Notes: generated by a model not told the origin, from the sequence alone. 64,000 nt of DNA from an uncultured Chloroflexia bacterium (GCA_963774265.1 CAVZDU010000003.1:416001-480000); one strand, 5' to 3'; counted from the first letter of the stretch, positions 11,755 through 22,633 are shown. Program-made: numbers and translations.

Positions 11755-11948
11755 CGCGCTGATGGCCCGCAGCCTGTCGTCACGCCTGTTGACGTAAGCC
11801 CTCCGCCTTTGTGCAAAGACATTTGCCCGTCCGCGCGGCGGCCATCGCTGAGGAAAATGACATGCACGCACGTACAGTGCTATAATGCCCACGGTCGCTT
11901 ACATAATCACAGGGCCGCGGGCCCCGTCCGCTTCAAAGGGGTACGATC

Positions 11949-13983
11949 ATGACTATCGGATCAATTCTGCTCATCCTCGGGTTGATGGTGCTGGTGATGC
12001 TGGCGTTGCTCGTCTTGTCGGGCATCCGCTTCATCCCCAACAACCGCGTTGGCATCGTCGAGAAACGCTTCGGCGCCAAATCCATCGAGACCGGCCTTAT
12101 CGCGCTCAAGGGAGAGGCCGGCTTCCAGCCCAAGCTGCTGCGCGGCGGCCTGCACTACCGGATGCCGATCCAGTATCGTCGTCCACCGTTCGCCCCTGGT
12201 GACCATCACCCAGGGCAAGATCGGCTACGTCTTTGCGCGCGACGGGCATCCGCTGGAGCCGATGCAGGTGCTGGCTTCGAACGTCACCGCCAATGACTTT
12301 CAGGATGTAGCCGCGTTCCTGCAAGACGGCGGCCAGCGCGGACCCCAGCGTCAAATCCTGCGCGAGGGCACCTACGCCATCAACCTGGCGCAGTTTATCG
12401 TCATCACCGAGGAAAAGGTCTACTACCTGCCGCTCAACCGCGCCGAAGAAGGGGTCATCCAGAATATGGCCAAGGTGATCGGCGAGCGTGACGGCTTTCG
12501 GCCGGTGGTGCTCAAGGATCAGGACGACAAGACCGGCATTGTGACGGTCCACGACGGACCCTCGTTGTCGCCGGGCGAGATCATCGCGCCCATCGTGGGC
12601 GGCGACCCAACCAACGTGGAGACGTACCACAACAACTTTCAGGCGCCCGACCGGTTCCTGAAGGCCGGCGGCCTGCGAGGGCGCCAGTTGCAGGTCCTGG
12701 TCGAAGGCACCTACTATCTCAACCGGCTGTTTGCCACGGTGGAGATGATCCCCAAGACCATCATCGAAATCGGGACCGTCGGCGTGGTGGTCTTCTACAC
12801 CGGCGAGGCCGGCCGTGACCTGTCGGGCGACGACTATCGGCATGGTGAGCTGGTGGAGACGAGGCCATCGCGGCGTGTGGGACGTGCCGCTCATGCCGGG
12901 CAAGTACGCGTTCAACACCTACGCCGGCAAGGTCGTGCCGGTCCCCACGACCAACGTCATCCTGAAGTGGATCCGGGGCCAGGTCGGCTCGCACCACTTC
13001 GACGAGAACCTGGCGGAGATCTCGTTGATCACCAAGGACGCCTTCGAGCCATCGCTGCCGCTGTCGGTGGTCATGCACATCGACTACCGCAAGGCTCCCC
13101 TGGTGGTCCAGCGCTTCGGCGACGTGAAACGGCTGGTCGAGCAGACCCTCGACCCCATGGTGTCGGCCTACTTCAAGAACATCGGCCAGACGCGCACGCT
13201 GATCCAGCTCATCCAGGAGCGCGGCAACATCCAGCAGATTTCGAGCCAGGAGATGAAGGAAAGGTTCACGCACTATAACCTGGAGCTGGAAGAGGTGCTG
13301 ATCGGCACGCCGGTCGCGATGGCCGAGCGACAAGCAGTTCGAGATGATCCTGAACCAGTTGCGCTCCCGGCAGATCGCCGTCGAGCAGATCGAGACCTAT
13401 GGACGGCAGCAGATGGCGGCAGGGAAGGAACGGGAGCTGCGCGAGGCCCAGGCGCGCGCCGAGCAGCAGCGCAACATCACCGAATCGGAGCTGAGCATCA
13501 CGGTGCAGAGCAACCAGGGCAAGGCCGAATACGCCCGGGCGCTGCAGCAGGCGGCGCAGATCCGCGCCCTGGCCGAGGCTGAGGCCGAAAAGACCGCCCG
13601 CGTCGGCATCGGCCAGGCCATCGCCATCGAGGAACAGGTGGCGGCCTATGGTGGCCCGCAGTTCCAGGTCACGCAGCAGGTGATGAACCGCTTTGCCGAG
13701 GCGGTGCAGCAGTCGAGAGTGGACGTGGTGCCGCGCGTGGTGATTGGCGGCGCCGGGGGCACTGCGACCAGCAGCGGCGTGATGGAAGGGCTGTTGACGC
13801 TCCTGCTATCCGACAAGCTGGGCCTGGAAGTGAGCGACGCTCGGGCAGCGAGAACCGAACCCGCAAGCGGACCAGTTGCGGGCTCAGATCCGCGAGGGGC
13901 TCAAGGAGAGCCGGCAGGGCACACCCGGGCCGATGCCGCCCGCCCCGGCACCGGCTGGTCCGTCGGAGGGGAAGCCGGCCTAG
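11949..13983 (+). CDS. SPFH/flotillin-family membrane protein (about four frameshifts)
   Basis: N-terminal TM, GEAGFQ, RGPQRQILREG, LITKDAFEPSLPLSVV, coiled-coil AE/Q-rich tail; assembled from ORFs starting at 11949, 12049, 12815 and 13344. Confidence 0.85.
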
Positions 13984-14001
13984 CTCGACTCCCACCAAGG
14001 G

Positions 14002-14039
14002 GTAAAGCCCAAACTCGAAAATCACAGTTTGGGCTTTAC
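14002..14039. terminator. Perfect 14-bp inverted repeat between convergent genes
   Basis: GTAAAGCCCAAACT-10 nt-AGTTTGGGCTTTAC; overlaps a dispersed repeat (see findings). Confidence 0.55.
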
Positions 14040-14134
14040 TGTGACGAGGTCGTGGGGACCAAGATCCAAGCGGTAAGGGCGACGCGGTGCGGGGGAGTCA
14101 GCGAAGAGCCGGCTCCCCCATCCGCTATCAAGGG

Positions 14135-17100
14135 CTACTTGTGGATCACGATGCTGCCGACGGTGATAGCTTGCGGATTGGCGCCGTCCATGTCATCAGA
14201 GCGACCGAGGACGTTGTCATACGCCACGCCGGCGGCGTCCCAGATCTTGATCCGGAACTTGTCCACGTCGCCCCCGCCGTTGATCTGGCCGTCGGTAGCC
14301 GTGAGCAGGAAACTGTAGCTCCCGGCACCGTTGACCGTGCCCGTGCCCTTGTACTGCGCCTTCGGTCCGGCTACAACCAGCCATTCGTACGCCGTGGCAT
14401 CGAACCTGAAGTCAGCCACGCTGAACACAAACTGCGTCTGCCCCTCTGGGAGCTGCGCTCCCTTCCGATACTTCGAGACGAAGGCGAAGCGCGCCGGCCC
14501 GGTGAGCCTCGGATCCGCCGTGTAGGCGCCGGCCGGCGAGTCGAGGTGACCCGCGCCGGTCACGAACCCGGCGCTCGGATCGTATACCACGATCATGACC
14601 GTCTCGGTGTCCGAACCGAGGTCGTCGTCCGCGACCGTCACCTGGATGCTGTAGATGCCGGGTGCGGCGTAGGTCTTGCTCGCCGTGCACGCGCCGGCCG
14701 CTATTGTCCCGGCAGTCGTCGTCCCATCGTCCCACGCGATCTCACAACTCAAGGCGTCGTTCACACCCGCGTCCGTGAGGGTCGCCGAGACGTTGACAAG
14801 ATCGGTCAGCGGGAAGAGTGTATTCTCCGACGGTCCGGTGATGGTCAGCATCGGGTTCTGGTTGTTGACCGTCACCGTTGTCGACTGGCTGACAGTGGCA
14901 CCGTCGTCGTCGGACAACCCGACGCTGATCATCTTGGTGTCGGACGCGGTCCCGGTCGGGTCGTCATCCGCGTAGGTGTGGGCCACGCTGAAGGAAGTGG
15001 AACCGGCGGGCGGGCTGAGTGTTTCGGCCGCGCTGCCGTCGCCCCAGTCGATCTCGACCGAGAACGAGTCGGCACTGCTCGCATCGCTGATGTCGCCGGT
15101 CAGCGTCACGCTGCCGCCCTCGTCCACCGCGCTGATGTCGGTTGCCAGGTTGCTGAGGGTCGGGGCAACGTTGCTGACACTGACCGTTGTCGTCGTGGCG
15201 GCCATCCGGCCCGCCATGTCCTTCGCACGCACGCCGACGGTCTGCTCGACCGGCCCGTCGAGAGCCGCGGCAGAGAAGGTGGGCTGCTCATCCGTCGTCT
15301 CGTACTCTCCGTCGTTGTTCACGTCCCAGTCAAGGTCAACCGCCCCGCCGCCGGCATCGGACGCCTCCGCCTGCAGCACGACCGATCCACCCTCGTCCAC
15401 CGTTAGCGGCGCTGGCGCGGTGAGCTGCGGATCGTGCAGATCGGCCTTGAGTTGATAGACAAAGCTGGCCGTCTGGCCGGTACTGTCTTGCGCGGTGAAG
15501 TTGAAGTGATAGATGCCGTCCGCGGCCAACGCGTACGTCCAGGTCGCCGTCTTGTTGTTGTTGCTGAGCAACGGCCCGCTGCAGACGGCGCCGGCCGGGC
15601 AGGCCTCGGCCCCATTGACTGTCGAGGTCGCCCCGTGCAGCGTAGCCGTCGCATTTGCATCGGCGTTCGCCGTCACCTTCAACACGACCTTGTCCTCACA
15701 CGTGCCTGTACCGTTGGGGCCCGTGCAGCTCTTGATGAACCAGCCATTGACGGTGGCGAAGCTGGTGAGCGGGTCCACGGTCAGCGACGTCTGGAACTGT
15801 GGCGGGTTGGCCGGCAGCTGTACTGCGAGATCGGGAGCCATGTAGTGTAGTATGCGCTCCTCGTAGATCTGGTGCGCTCGGGCAGTTGGATGCAGTGTGC
15901 CCTTGGTGTCCTTCCTAGACGACGGCCCCTGCATCGGGGCCGATTCGTCAGCTCTGCGGATCCAGTTGTCGGTCGCGCAGTAGCCGTGGCCTTTGCCGTC
16001 CGGACCCGTGATGATTGGGACGGGCCGGGTCGGATCGTCCAGGTACCTCGCCATACCGTCCACATAGGTCCACCCGTACATGTCGGCCCGGTATTTCAGC
16101 GTGTCGTTTAGTGCCTTCAGGCCGAAGGTCATCGTCTCCTCGGCTTCCCACGACTCCATTGCCGCAAAGGGGTTCGGCCAAAGGATATCGTCCAGCATCC
16201 GGCAGTAGTTGCCGTTGTCATCGCGCGACCAATCCGGATATTCGGTGGCATAAATGTGCAGGGGCTTCACGTTCACGCCATTGACGGTCAAACCATCCAG
16301 AGCCTCGCTCAGCAGGCCGTAAGACCCCGGCAGTGTGATGTCAGGGCTGCCGAGTGCGGTGCCCAACGCGCGCCTGATAAGCGTCTTGATGGTCCAGCCG
16401 CCATTGCCCGGAGATTCGAACATGTTGGCATTGGCCCAGCAGTCCCAGGTAACGACGCATGCCATCGCGATCTCCCCGAAGAAGACGTCGTTGCCTCCGG
16501 CAGACATGATGAGGGCATCAGGCGTTCGGGGCGTCCGGCTATCCGGGGGCGTCAGCGCCGTCTCGAGCTGATCGATTTGCGAGGGCAGGTAAGGCTCATA
16601 CGATTCAACATCGAAGTTGTCCGGGGGATAGGGGTAGTTGTCCGGCACTTCCTGGCCTCGATAGCGGCCCAGTATGCCGGTCCCCCTGGCCTTATGCTCG
16701 TCGGGCTCCAGGAAATAGAAGGGCGGGACCCAGTCCCATCCGATCGGGTCCCATACCGGCCTGCCGACGGTCGCTCCTGAACAGGCGAAGGAAAGGAACG
16801 TCACCGAGGTGTGCGGGTCGCTTCTCTCGATCTCCAGGGCAGCCTTGGCCGGTCCTGCGATCGCCGAGCGATGGCAGCGTGCGTCCTGCCACTTGACCGT
16901 CGTGGGCGGGTAGGCTTGATTGGGGATGTCCGGGTTTCCTTCACCCGACGCATAGGAGTCGCCGATCGAGACGATCAGGTAGTCCTTGATGTACACGGGC
17001 TGCTCGTACGCCTCCCGGTCGTCGTCAGGCCAGACCTTTTCCCCGGTGGGGTCGTAAATGGTCATCTCCACTTTGTAGTTGCCCTGCGCCGGTAGGCTTA

Positions 17101-17584
17101 TCTCGAACCGGCAGCGATAGTCGTTAACGGGACCCGCGTAGTCATACACCAGGCCGCCTTGCCCGTGAATGTGCCACACGTAGATGTCGGATGAGGTCCC
17201 GGCCGCTTCGTCTGCGCCGGTGCGGCAGCCGTCGAGGACGATCGGCCAGACGTTGGGGTAGATGTGGGTGGGCTCGTAGGTGTTCGGGAATTGCGGATCG
17301 TTGCTATCCCGCCAGTGGTAGTCGATCATGTGGTCGTAAGGGTCAACGTCAAGCCCGAACCGGGCCGGCACGCTCCAGTCGAAGCCGTTGGCCGGCGCCA
17401 CATAGGGTTCCTCCTCGCCCTCGCCTCCTCCGATGGGAGGCGGGTCGATGGGATCTCTGGGCATCGCGAAGACGGGCAGTGTGCTCATCGCCGCGAGCAT
17501 GCCGATGACGACGAACAGCGCCGCGAGGTGCGCCGGTCGCCGGAAGGCGCCGAATGGCGAGGGTCTACGTTTCTGGGTGAACAT
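14135..17584 (-). CDS. Secreted SGNH/GDSL hydrolase with PKD/Ig-like domains
   Basis: Signal peptide; IGDSY, CHRS, ACSGA, GGND and TLHP; PKD WGDG/WDDG repeats; C-terminal GFVTG...DKFRIKIW domain. Confidence 0.85.
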   Translation of the reverse strand: MFTQKRRPSPFGAFRRPAHLAALFVVIGMLAAMSTLPVFAMPRDPIDPPPIGGGEGEEEPYVAPANGFDWSVPARFGLDVDPYDHMIDYHWRDSNDPQFPNTYEPTHIYPNVWPIVLDGCRTGADEAAGTSSDIYVWHIHGQGGLVYDYAGPVNDYRCRFEISLPAQGNYKVEMTIYDPTGEKVWPDDDREAYEQPVYIKDYLIVSIGDSYASGEGNPDIPNQAYPPTTVKWQDARCHRSAIAGPAKAALEIERSDPHTSVTFLSFACSGATVGRPVWDPIGWDWVPPFYFLEPDEHKARGTGILGRYRGQEVPDNYPYPPDNFDVESYEPYLPSQIDQLETALTPPDSRTPRTPDALIMSAGGNDVFFGEIAMACVVTWDCWANANMFESPGNGGWTIKTLIRRALGTALGSPDITLPGSYGLLSEALDGLTVNGVNVKPLHIYATEYPDWSRDDNGNYCRMLDDILWPNPFAAMESWEAEETMTFGLKALNDTLKYRADMYGWTYVDGMARYLDDPTRPVPIITGPDGKGHGYCATDNWIRRADESAPMQGPSSRKDTKGTLHPTARAHQIYEERILHYMAPDLAVQLPANPPQFQTSLTVDPLTSFATVNGWFIKSCTGPNGTGTCEDKVVLKVTANADANATATLHGATSTVNGAEACPAGAVCSGPLLSNNNKTATWTYALAADGIYHFNFTAQDSTGQTASFVYQLKADLHDPQLTAPAPLTVDEGGSVVLQAEASDAGGGAVDLDWDVNNDGEYETTDEQPTFSAAALDGPVEQTVGVRAKDMAGRMAATTTTVSVSNVAPTLSNLATDISAVDEGGSVTLTGDISDASSADSFSVEIDWGDGSAAETLSPPAGSTSFSVAHTYADDDPTGTASDTKMISVGLSDDDGATVSQSTTVTVNNQNPMLTITGPSENTLFPLTDLVNVSATLTDAGVNDALSCEIAWDDGTTTAGTIAAGACTASKTYAAPGIYSIQVTVADDDLGSDTETVMIVVYDPSAGFVTGAGHLDSPAGAYTADPRLTGPARFAFVSKYRKGAQLPEGQTQFVFSVADFRFDATAYEWLVVAGPKAQYKGTGTVNGAGSYSFLLTATDGQINGGGDVDKFRIKIWDAAGVAYDNVLGRSDDMDGANPQAITVGSIVIHK

Positions 17585-17668
17585 CTGAATCCTCCCGGGC
17601 CGAAAGCCCGAATTGAGAGTTGGCGCGCCTCTGCAGCAAGGCCCGCCGGGCGGAAATGCTCAAGCTAG

Positions 17669-18382
17669 TTACAGCGAAGCCAGATAGCCCGCCAGCTCTT
17701 GTGGTGCAGACAAGAACGGCGAATGGCTGGTGTTCATCGAGATGACCTCTTCGCAGGGCATGGCCCCGACCATCGCCCTCTGCGCCCGGGGCGTCACTGC
17801 GTTGTCACCGAGCGTATGGATATACACACGCGGCACCCGGCCGAAATTTCGCTCGCTCAGGTCCAGCGGCGTGGCGAGAGGTGCGATCGGCTCGGGCATC
17901 AGCAGGGCGGCAGCCAGGGCGACGTCCTCGTCCGAGCAGCCGGCGTACATCGCATCCCGGCAAGCTGTCTCCTTCACCGTGATGGTGCCCTGCGCTTCGT
18001 TCACGATGAGGTTCGGGAGAAGCAGTGACCCCGTGTCGTTCATGGCCGTGGGGAGCATGGGCTGGCCGCCGGGAAGCAGGAACGCGGCAAGGTAGACCAG
18101 CTTCTCGATCCTGGCCGGCCGCTGTTCGGCGGTCTGCGAGATGACGATGCCTCCCCGGCTGTGCCCGACCAGAATGACCCGCCCGGGCTGTTCGTCGATG
18201 GCTGCACAGACGCGATCGACGTAGCTTTGCAGCGAGACGTCGCGCAAGGGCGTCCGGTCTCGTCCGAAGCCGGGTAGGTCAACCGCGATGGCCGTGTGCC
18301 CCGCTTTCTCGAGCAGGGGCAGGATTTTGTACCAGCACCACGCTCCGTGCCAGGCCCCATGCACCAGAATATACGTACTCAT
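17669..18382 (-). CDS. Alpha/beta hydrolase (methylesterase/salicylate esterase-like)
   Basis: LVHGAWHGAWCW, GHSRGG nucleophile elbow, D..V and SHSPF. Confidence 0.9.
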   Translation of the reverse strand: MSTYILVHGAWHGAWCWYKILPLLEKAGHTAIAVDLPGFGRDRTPLRDVSLQSYVDRVCAAIDEQPGRVILVGHSRGGIVISQTAEQRPARIEKLVYLAAFLLPGGQPMLPTAMNDTGSLLLPNLIVNEAQGTITVKETACRDAMYAGCSDEDVALAAALLMPEPIAPLATPLDLSERNFGRVPRVYIHTLGDNAVTPRAQRAMVGAMPCEEVISMNTSHSPFLSAPQELAGYLASL

Positions 18383-18448
18383 GTTCGCCTCCTTTGTTTG
18401 TGAACCGACTTGGTGCGGCGTCTCCGCTTGGTTTTTGTCGTCGATTCC

Positions 18449-18513
18449 GGTATACGCCCAGGCCGTTAAGTCATCGTTGAATGTCCGTCAAATCAGCGCT
18501 AACTATCGTTACG
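18449..18513 (-). promoter_or_regulatory. SARP-type promoter: five 11-bp-phased repeats ending 8 nt upstream of a -10 box (TATACC)
   Basis: CGTTAA/CGTTGA/CGTCAA/CGCTAA/CGTTAC at 18464/75/86/97/507; near-copy at 22569-22633. Confidence 0.65.
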
Positions 18514-18531
18514 ATTTTGCAAGAAAGGGGC

Positions 18532-18560
18532 TAGACAATGTGCGGAATTTGTGCTAGAAT
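18532..18560 (+). promoter_or_regulatory. Promoter of the SARP-STAND regulator
   Basis: TAGACA-17 bp-TAGAAT with a TG extension. Confidence 0.5.
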
Positions 18561-18609
18561 TGTTTCATTCAGGCCCTGAGCGAAATGGACCTGAACACCG
18601 CGGCTGCCT

Positions 18610-21600
18610 ATGTCTACCGTTTGGGCCGCGACCGCCTCTGACGTGCCTGCGGCAGGTTCCCGACTGTCACTCCTCGGCCGCTTCAATCTGCAACATGATG
18701 GCCGGGTGATCCGCCTGCGCACGCGCAAAGAGGAAGGCCTGCTCGCTTACCTGGTCCTCCACCCCGGCAGCCACCCGCGCGAGGTCCTCGCCGAACTCTA
18801 CTGGGGCGATACGCCGGAAGAGCAAGCCAAAGGCTCGCTGCGCGCGGCGCTGGCCGACCTGCGGGCCGTCCTGGGCCCCGAGGCGCTGTTCAGCGACCGC
18901 GTGGCCGTGCAGTTCAGCCCCCCGCCGGGGTTCCGCGTCGATGTCCTGGAGTTCCGCGCCCAGGCCACGCGCTCTCTCGGCGATGCGGCGGCCGATCCTG
19001 CACTCTTCGACCCCAGCCTTTACGGCGGCGAATTGCTGGCCGGCCACTACGACGACTGGGTGCTGGCCGAGCGCGAGCGGCTGCGCCAGCTCTACCTGGA
19101 CGCCCTGCTGCACCGGGTCGGGCGCCTGCGCGACCTGGTGCGTTATAGCGAGGCCATCGCAGCCGCTCAGCAGGTGTTGGCGGCAGATCTGGCCGAGGAG
19201 CGGGCGCACCAGCACCTCATGGTTCTCTATGCGATCACCGGCAACCGGTCCGCCGCGCTGCGCCAGCTCGAGGTCTGCCGCCGCAGCCTGAAAGAGGCGC
19301 TCGATGTGGAGCCGTCGGCCGAGACCCTGGCGCTCCTCGACTCGATTTCTTGGCCTGCACAGGAAGGCGCTGCGGCAGCGCCAGCCCCGAGTCGCGTGGC
19401 CATCGCATCCCCCGCAGTTGCGGCGCCGACGGCCGAGGCCGAGCTCACTAACTTACCCACGCCGCTGACCAGCTTTGTCGGCCGGGCGCAGGAGCTGGCG
19501 GCCCTCTGCGCCCTCCTGCAGGACAGCGGTTCGTCCCCCGGAGGGCGCCGGCTGGTGACCCTGACCGGCGCAGGCGGCAGCGGCAAGACACGCCTCGCGA
19601 TCCAGGTGGCCAGGCTCCTGGCCCCAAAGAACCGTCACGGCGCCTGGTGGGTCGATCTGAGTTCCTTGCGGGATCCCGCGCTTTTGCCCGACTCGGCTCT
19701 GCGTGCACTGGGGATGACGCCAGCGCCGGGCCAGCCGGCCATGCAGGCGCTGATCAGCTTTCTACGCGAGCGCAGCCTGCTGCTGTTGCTGGACAACTGC
19801 GAGCACCTGCTGGAGGCGTGCGCTCACCTGGTGGCAGCCATCCTGCAGGCCTGCCCGGCGGTGTGTGTATTGGCGACCAGCCGCGAGCCGCTGGGCGTTC
19901 CGGGGGAGCAGCTATGGCCGGTGCCGACCTTCGCCGTCCCGGCCCCCGATGAAGACCTGGATGCGGAATGCCTGCTCGGTTACGATGCGGTGCGGCTGTT
20001 CATAGATCGGGCCAGGATGCACCGGCCGGCGTTCGAGCTGACGGGTGACAACGCGGCCCAGGTGGCTGAGATCTGCCGGCGTCTCGACGGCATCCCCCTG
20101 GCGATCGAGCTGGCCGCAGCCCGCGTGCGGACGATGGACCTTCGCGACATCCTTACCCGGCTGGAGAACCGGCTGCGGCTGCTGGCGTCCAGCAGCGCAT
20201 TGGCTCCGCCGCGCCAGCAGACTCTGCGGGCGTCCATCGACTGGAGTTATAACCTACTCTCGCCGGCCGAATGCCTGCTGCTGCAGCACCTGGCGGTCTT
20301 TGTCGGGGGGTGCACCCTCGCAGCGGCAGAGGCCGTATGCACGGATTGCGGTCTGGCCGAGGAGGAGGTCCTCGATTTACTCGTCCGGCTGGTCGACCGC
20401 TCGCTGGTCGTCGCCGAAGGGGGTCGCTATAGCCTCCTGGAGACAATCCGCGAGTATGCGCTCGAGCGGCTGATCGACACGGGCGCCGCGGAGGCGCTGC
20501 GCGAGCGCCACGCCGCGTACTTCGCCGGGATACTCGCCGAGCAGTTCGACGCGATCCGGAGCCTTGAACAGCACCAGGCGATCGTCGGAATCGCCGCGGA
20601 GATCGACAACGTGCGGGCCGCCTGGGCCTGGGCCGCGGCAGCCCGCCGTTGTGATCTTCTCTCACGCTCGGTCAACGGCCTGACGTGGTACTACGAGGTG
20701 CACGCGGGATTCCACGAAGGCGAAGTGGTGTTCGGGCGGGCGCTCGAGGCTCTGGGGGACGGCCCGGACGCGGACCCTTACCTGTTGGCCAGGCTGCACG
20801 TCTTCCATGGCAATTTCCTGGACCGCCAGGGTAAGCTGAGGGAAGCGCGCCCGGAACTGGAGCGGGGCTGCGCAGCGCTCCGCCACGCGGCCGCGCCGTT
20901 TGACCTGGCGACCGCACTCACGTTTCTGGGGAGGAACGCCTGGGAGCAGGGCGATTATGCTCGCGCTCACGATTTGCTAGAGGAAAGCCTGGCGATCTCC
21001 CAGGGGGCGAGCGTGGAGATGACAACGGCGTTGTCCCTGTTCTTCCTGGCACTGGTCGAGCACGCCATGGACAACGAACCCCAGGCGGACAGACGCTTTC
21101 GGGAAGCGTTGGCCGCCAGTCGCCTCCTCGGCGACCCGCGAATTATCTCCGTCACCCTGGTCCACTGGGCGCCGACACTCCTGGCATTGGGCCGGGTTGC
21201 CGAAGCCAGGGAGCGGCTGCAGGAAGCGCTGCCGATCGCGCGCGAGACCCAGGACCGGTGGCTGATTGGCGTGGCGCTGTTGCACCTGGGCACAGTCGTG
21301 CTGGCCCAGGGTGACCCGGCCGGCGCCAGGACAGCACTGCTGGAAGCCGTGGCGCTGACCCGAGAGGCCGGCGGCAGCTGGTACAGGGCGTGGAGTGAGG
21401 CGAGCCTGGGGGATGTCTATCTCGCAGAGGGGAACGTAGGGCAGGCGGAGCTTCAGTACCGCTCGGCACTGAAGCTCGCCGTGGAGGCCGACGCTATCTC
21501 CCTGGCACTGGGTGCGTTGGCCGGCTTTGCCGAGCTCCGGGCGCTGGCCGGGGATCGGGAGGGAGCTCTGGAGTTGGCCCGGCAGGTGTCGCTCCACCCG

Positions 21601-21765
21601 GCGAGCGCCGGCATTGCCCGCGCTCGAGCTGCAGATATCCTCCGCCGGCTGGATCCAGATAGCGAAAACCAGCCGGCCGTTCCTGCTGCCGACACTTTCG
21701 AGGAAGTGGTACATGGCATCCTCGCAGCCGGAGCTTCCACCGGCCAGACCGTCAGCCTGAGCTAA
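18610..21765 (+). CDS. AfsR/SARP-family regulator: wHTH + BTAD + NB-ARC (STAND) ATPase + TPR
   Basis: LLG.F...LLAYL; BTAD ERAHQHLM.LY; TSFVGR, GAGGSGKT, LLLDNCEH, GIPLAIELAA; C-terminal TPRs. Confidence 0.92.
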   Translation: MSTVWAATASDVPAAGSRLSLLGRFNLQHDGRVIRLRTRKEEGLLAYLVLHPGSHPREVLAELYWGDTPEEQAKGSLRAALADLRAVLGPEALFSDRVAVQFSPPPGFRVDVLEFRAQATRSLGDAAADPALFDPSLYGGELLAGHYDDWVLAERERLRQLYLDALLHRVGRLRDLVRYSEAIAAAQQVLAADLAEERAHQHLMVLYAITGNRSAALRQLEVCRRSLKEALDVEPSAETLALLDSISWPAQEGAAAAPAPSRVAIASPAVAAPTAEAELTNLPTPLTSFVGRAQELAALCALLQDSGSSPGGRRLVTLTGAGGSGKTRLAIQVARLLAPKNRHGAWWVDLSSLRDPALLPDSALRALGMTPAPGQPAMQALISFLRERSLLLLLDNCEHLLEACAHLVAAILQACPAVCVLATSREPLGVPGEQLWPVPTFAVPAPDEDLDAECLLGYDAVRLFIDRARMHRPAFELTGDNAAQVAEICRRLDGIPLAIELAAARVRTMDLRDILTRLENRLRLLASSSALAPPRQQTLRASIDWSYNLLSPAECLLLQHLAVFVGGCTLAAAEAVCTDCGLAEEEVLDLLVRLVDRSLVVAEGGRYSLLETIREYALERLIDTGAAEALRERHAAYFAGILAEQFDAIRSLEQHQAIVGIAAEIDNVRAAWAWAAAARRCDLLSRSVNGLTWYYEVHAGFHEGEVVFGRALEALGDGPDADPYLLARLHVFHGNFLDRQGKLREARPELERGCAALRHAAAPFDLATALTFLGRNAWEQGDYARAHDLLEESLAISQGASVEMTTALSLFFLALVEHAMDNEPQADRRFREALAASRLLGDPRIISVTLVHWAPTLLALGRVAEARERLQEALPIARETQDRWLIGVALLHLGTVVLAQGDPAGARTALLEAVALTREAGGSWYRAWSEASLGDVYLAEGNVGQAELQYRSALKLAVEADAISLALGALAGFAELRALAGDREGALELARQVSLHPASAGIARARAADILRRLDPDSENQPAVPAADTFEEVVHGILAAGASTGQTVSLS

Positions 21766-21800
21766 GATACTGCAGTGCCGCTTGCCGGCCGGCGCTCGCG

Positions 21801-22496
21801 TCAATTGTATGACGGCAGCGGCCGGTTGGGCGAAGTGTACTCAGGCAGGATGACCGGCAGCGCAGCCAACCTCTTCTCCAGGAGACGCACCCGGTCCTCG
21901 AGCCGTGCCGCCCGCTCGAGCGACTCGGTCGCGGCGATCATGGCGGGATTGGGCGCCGTCTGGTTGGTGGGGCGCGCCGGCACGCCGACCGCCGTGCACC
22001 CTGCGGGCACGTCGTGGAGCACCACCGCACCCGCGCCCACCCGCGCGCCGTCGCCCACGGTGATCGAACCCAACACGAGGGCCTGTGTGCCCAGAACCAC
22101 CCGGCTGCCGATAGTCGGATGGCGCTTGCCATGTGCCAGGCTGGTCCCGCCCAGCACCACGCCCTGGTAGATCAACACGTCATCGCCGATTTCTGCGGTC
22201 TCGCCGACGACCACCCCCATGCCGTGGTCGATAAAGACCCGTCGCCCGATGGTCGCTCCCGGGTGAATCTCGATGCCGGTCAGCGCCCGCGCGAACTGCG
22301 AGATCATGCGGCTGAGGAACAAGCGGCGGCGACGCCACAGGGCGTTGGCCACGCGATACAGCCAGATGGCGTGCAGGCCGGGGTACAGGCAGATGACTTC
22401 CCAGACGGACCTGGCAGCAGGGTCTCTGGCCAGGACGCTCTGGATATCTTCTTTGATCAGGTCGCGACTTCTTCGGCACCATGCCAGGACTTTCAT
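21801..22496 (-). CDS. cysE: Serine O-acetyltransferase
   Basis: [41 protein letters not shown]. Confidence 0.93.
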   Translation of the reverse strand: MKVLAWCRRSRDLIKEDIQSVLARDPAARSVWEVICLYPGLHAIWLYRVANALWRRRRLFLSRMISQFARALTGIEIHPGATIGRRVFIDHGMGVVVGETAEIGDDVLIYQGVVLGGTSLAHGKRHPTIGSRVVLGTQALVLGSITVGDGARVGAGAVVLHDVPAGCTAVGVPARPTNQTAPNPAMIAATESLERAARLEDRVRLLEKRLAALPVILPEYTSPNRPLPSYN

Positions 22497-22568
22497 GTCA
22501 CATCCTCTCCGCTCTGGTTGATGAACTGAGTTGATCTTGCATTTCCTTCCAACTGCAATCCTGAGACC

Positions 22569-22633
22569 GTTATACGACCCTACCGCAAAGCTGTCGTCGA
22601 ATGTCCGTCAAACCACCGCGAAAAATCGTTACG
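22569..22633 (-). promoter_or_regulatory. Second SARP-type promoter (upstream of cysE)
   Basis: CGCAAA/CGTCGA/CGTCAA/CGCGAA/CGTTAC at 22584/95/606/617/627; -10 TATAAC at 22574-22569; same geometry as 18449-18513. Confidence 0.65.
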
